This document shows, one piece after another, positions 63,771 through 64,000 of a DNA stretch of 64,000 nucleotides. Location: positions 74,031 through 138,030 of the forward strand of contig CAZPMS010000003.1 of the NCBI GenBank assembly GCA_964588165.1, read 5' to 3'. The notes under the pieces are model-generated. The model worked only from the letters and a program-made list of their open reading frames with translations, did not search any database and had not been told where the DNA came from. The DNA comes from an uncultured Gammaproteobacteria bacterium (GTDB taxonomy: Bacteria; Patescibacteriota; Patescibacteriia; UBA1558; UBA10009). The translations under genes and the position numbers were made by a program. Position 1 is the stretch's first letter. Every line of letters starts with the position of its first letter.

Positions 63771-64000
63771 TCTTCTTTATTACTGATTCCACAATCAACG
63801 GTAATAATTAAATTAACTTTTTTTTCTGCGAATTCTTTAATAATTTTACTATTAAGGCCATAGCCTTCTTTTTCCCTATCTGGTAAATAGGTTTCAAAAT
63901 CAAGGCCAATTTCTTTAAAAACCTTTGCTAAAATAGCTGAGCCACAAACTCCATCGGCATCATAATCACCATAAATAATTACTTTCTCATTTTTCTCTTT
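63765..64000. repeat. About 90%-identical duplicate of recJ codons about 70-150 (copy of 63030-63270), minus-strand frame open, runs off the window end
   Basis: Direct comparison of the 63031-63270 and 63765-64000 lines (cttctttattgctgattccacaatcaacggtaataattaaattaac... against ctcttctttattactgattccacaatcaacggtaataattaaattaac...). Translates to ...VIIYGDYDADGVCGSAILAKVF..., then diverges and stops at about 63690. Confidence 0.6.

Noticed and set aside
1-64000. CRISPR arrays, rRNA genes, intact prophage or integrase
   Set aside because: No regularly spaced direct repeats with unique spacers. No rRNA-like conserved blocks. No integrase, terminase or capsid-like ORFs were recognised in any frame.

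Overview
This window is a low-GC (about one-third GC) chromosome segment that looks like a CPR/Patescibacteria-type small genome. It is gene-dense, mostly minus-strand, and many proteins carry lysine-rich tails.

Core content:
- The classical infA-rpmJ-rpsM-rpsK-rpsD-rpoA-rplQ block, followed by rplM-rpsI; separately rpmA (ribosomal protein L27).
- Other translation and RNA genes: alaS, proS, frr, lepA, mnmA, dus, an RlmN/Cfr-like radical SAM enzyme, tRNA-Thr(CGT), and RNase P RNA (rnpB). RlpA, PpiC and DivIC below are homology-based labels, not mapped gene symbols.
- Cell division and envelope genes: ftsE, ftsX, an adjacent secreted RlpA-like protein, a DivIC-like protein, two mreB paralogs, mreC, mreD, PBP2, murJ and rseP.
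- DNA and RNA housekeeping: greA, rnhA, recJ, holB.
- A surface-glycan locus (about 35.5-48.7 kb): a DUF4012 membrane protein, five glycosyltransferases and a WbaP-like priming transferase.

The locus is interrupted by two paralogous proteins that carry only a PEP-utilizing-enzyme swivel domain, by a Cys-rich 40-aa ORF, and by rnpB.

Accessory or unusual content:
- A higher-GC islet at 33.3-35.5 kb: two hypothetical proteins, duplicated sigma70-like promoters, a candidate structured ncRNA and a 140-nt perfect inverted-repeat hairpin.
- An operon of three divergent OPRT-like phosphoribosyltransferases with a degenerate kinase, a LOG-like protein and a third PEP-swivel protein.
- A Bacteroidota-type T9SS C-terminal-domain protein.
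- A Fic protein with a tightly coupled small upstream ORF.
- A RAYT/IS200-like transposase remnant next to a duplicated recJ segment at the window end.
- Several recurrent intergenic motifs and GC-rich structured elements.

No CRISPR array was seen. Coordinates of internal starts and small features are approximate to within a few nucleotides.
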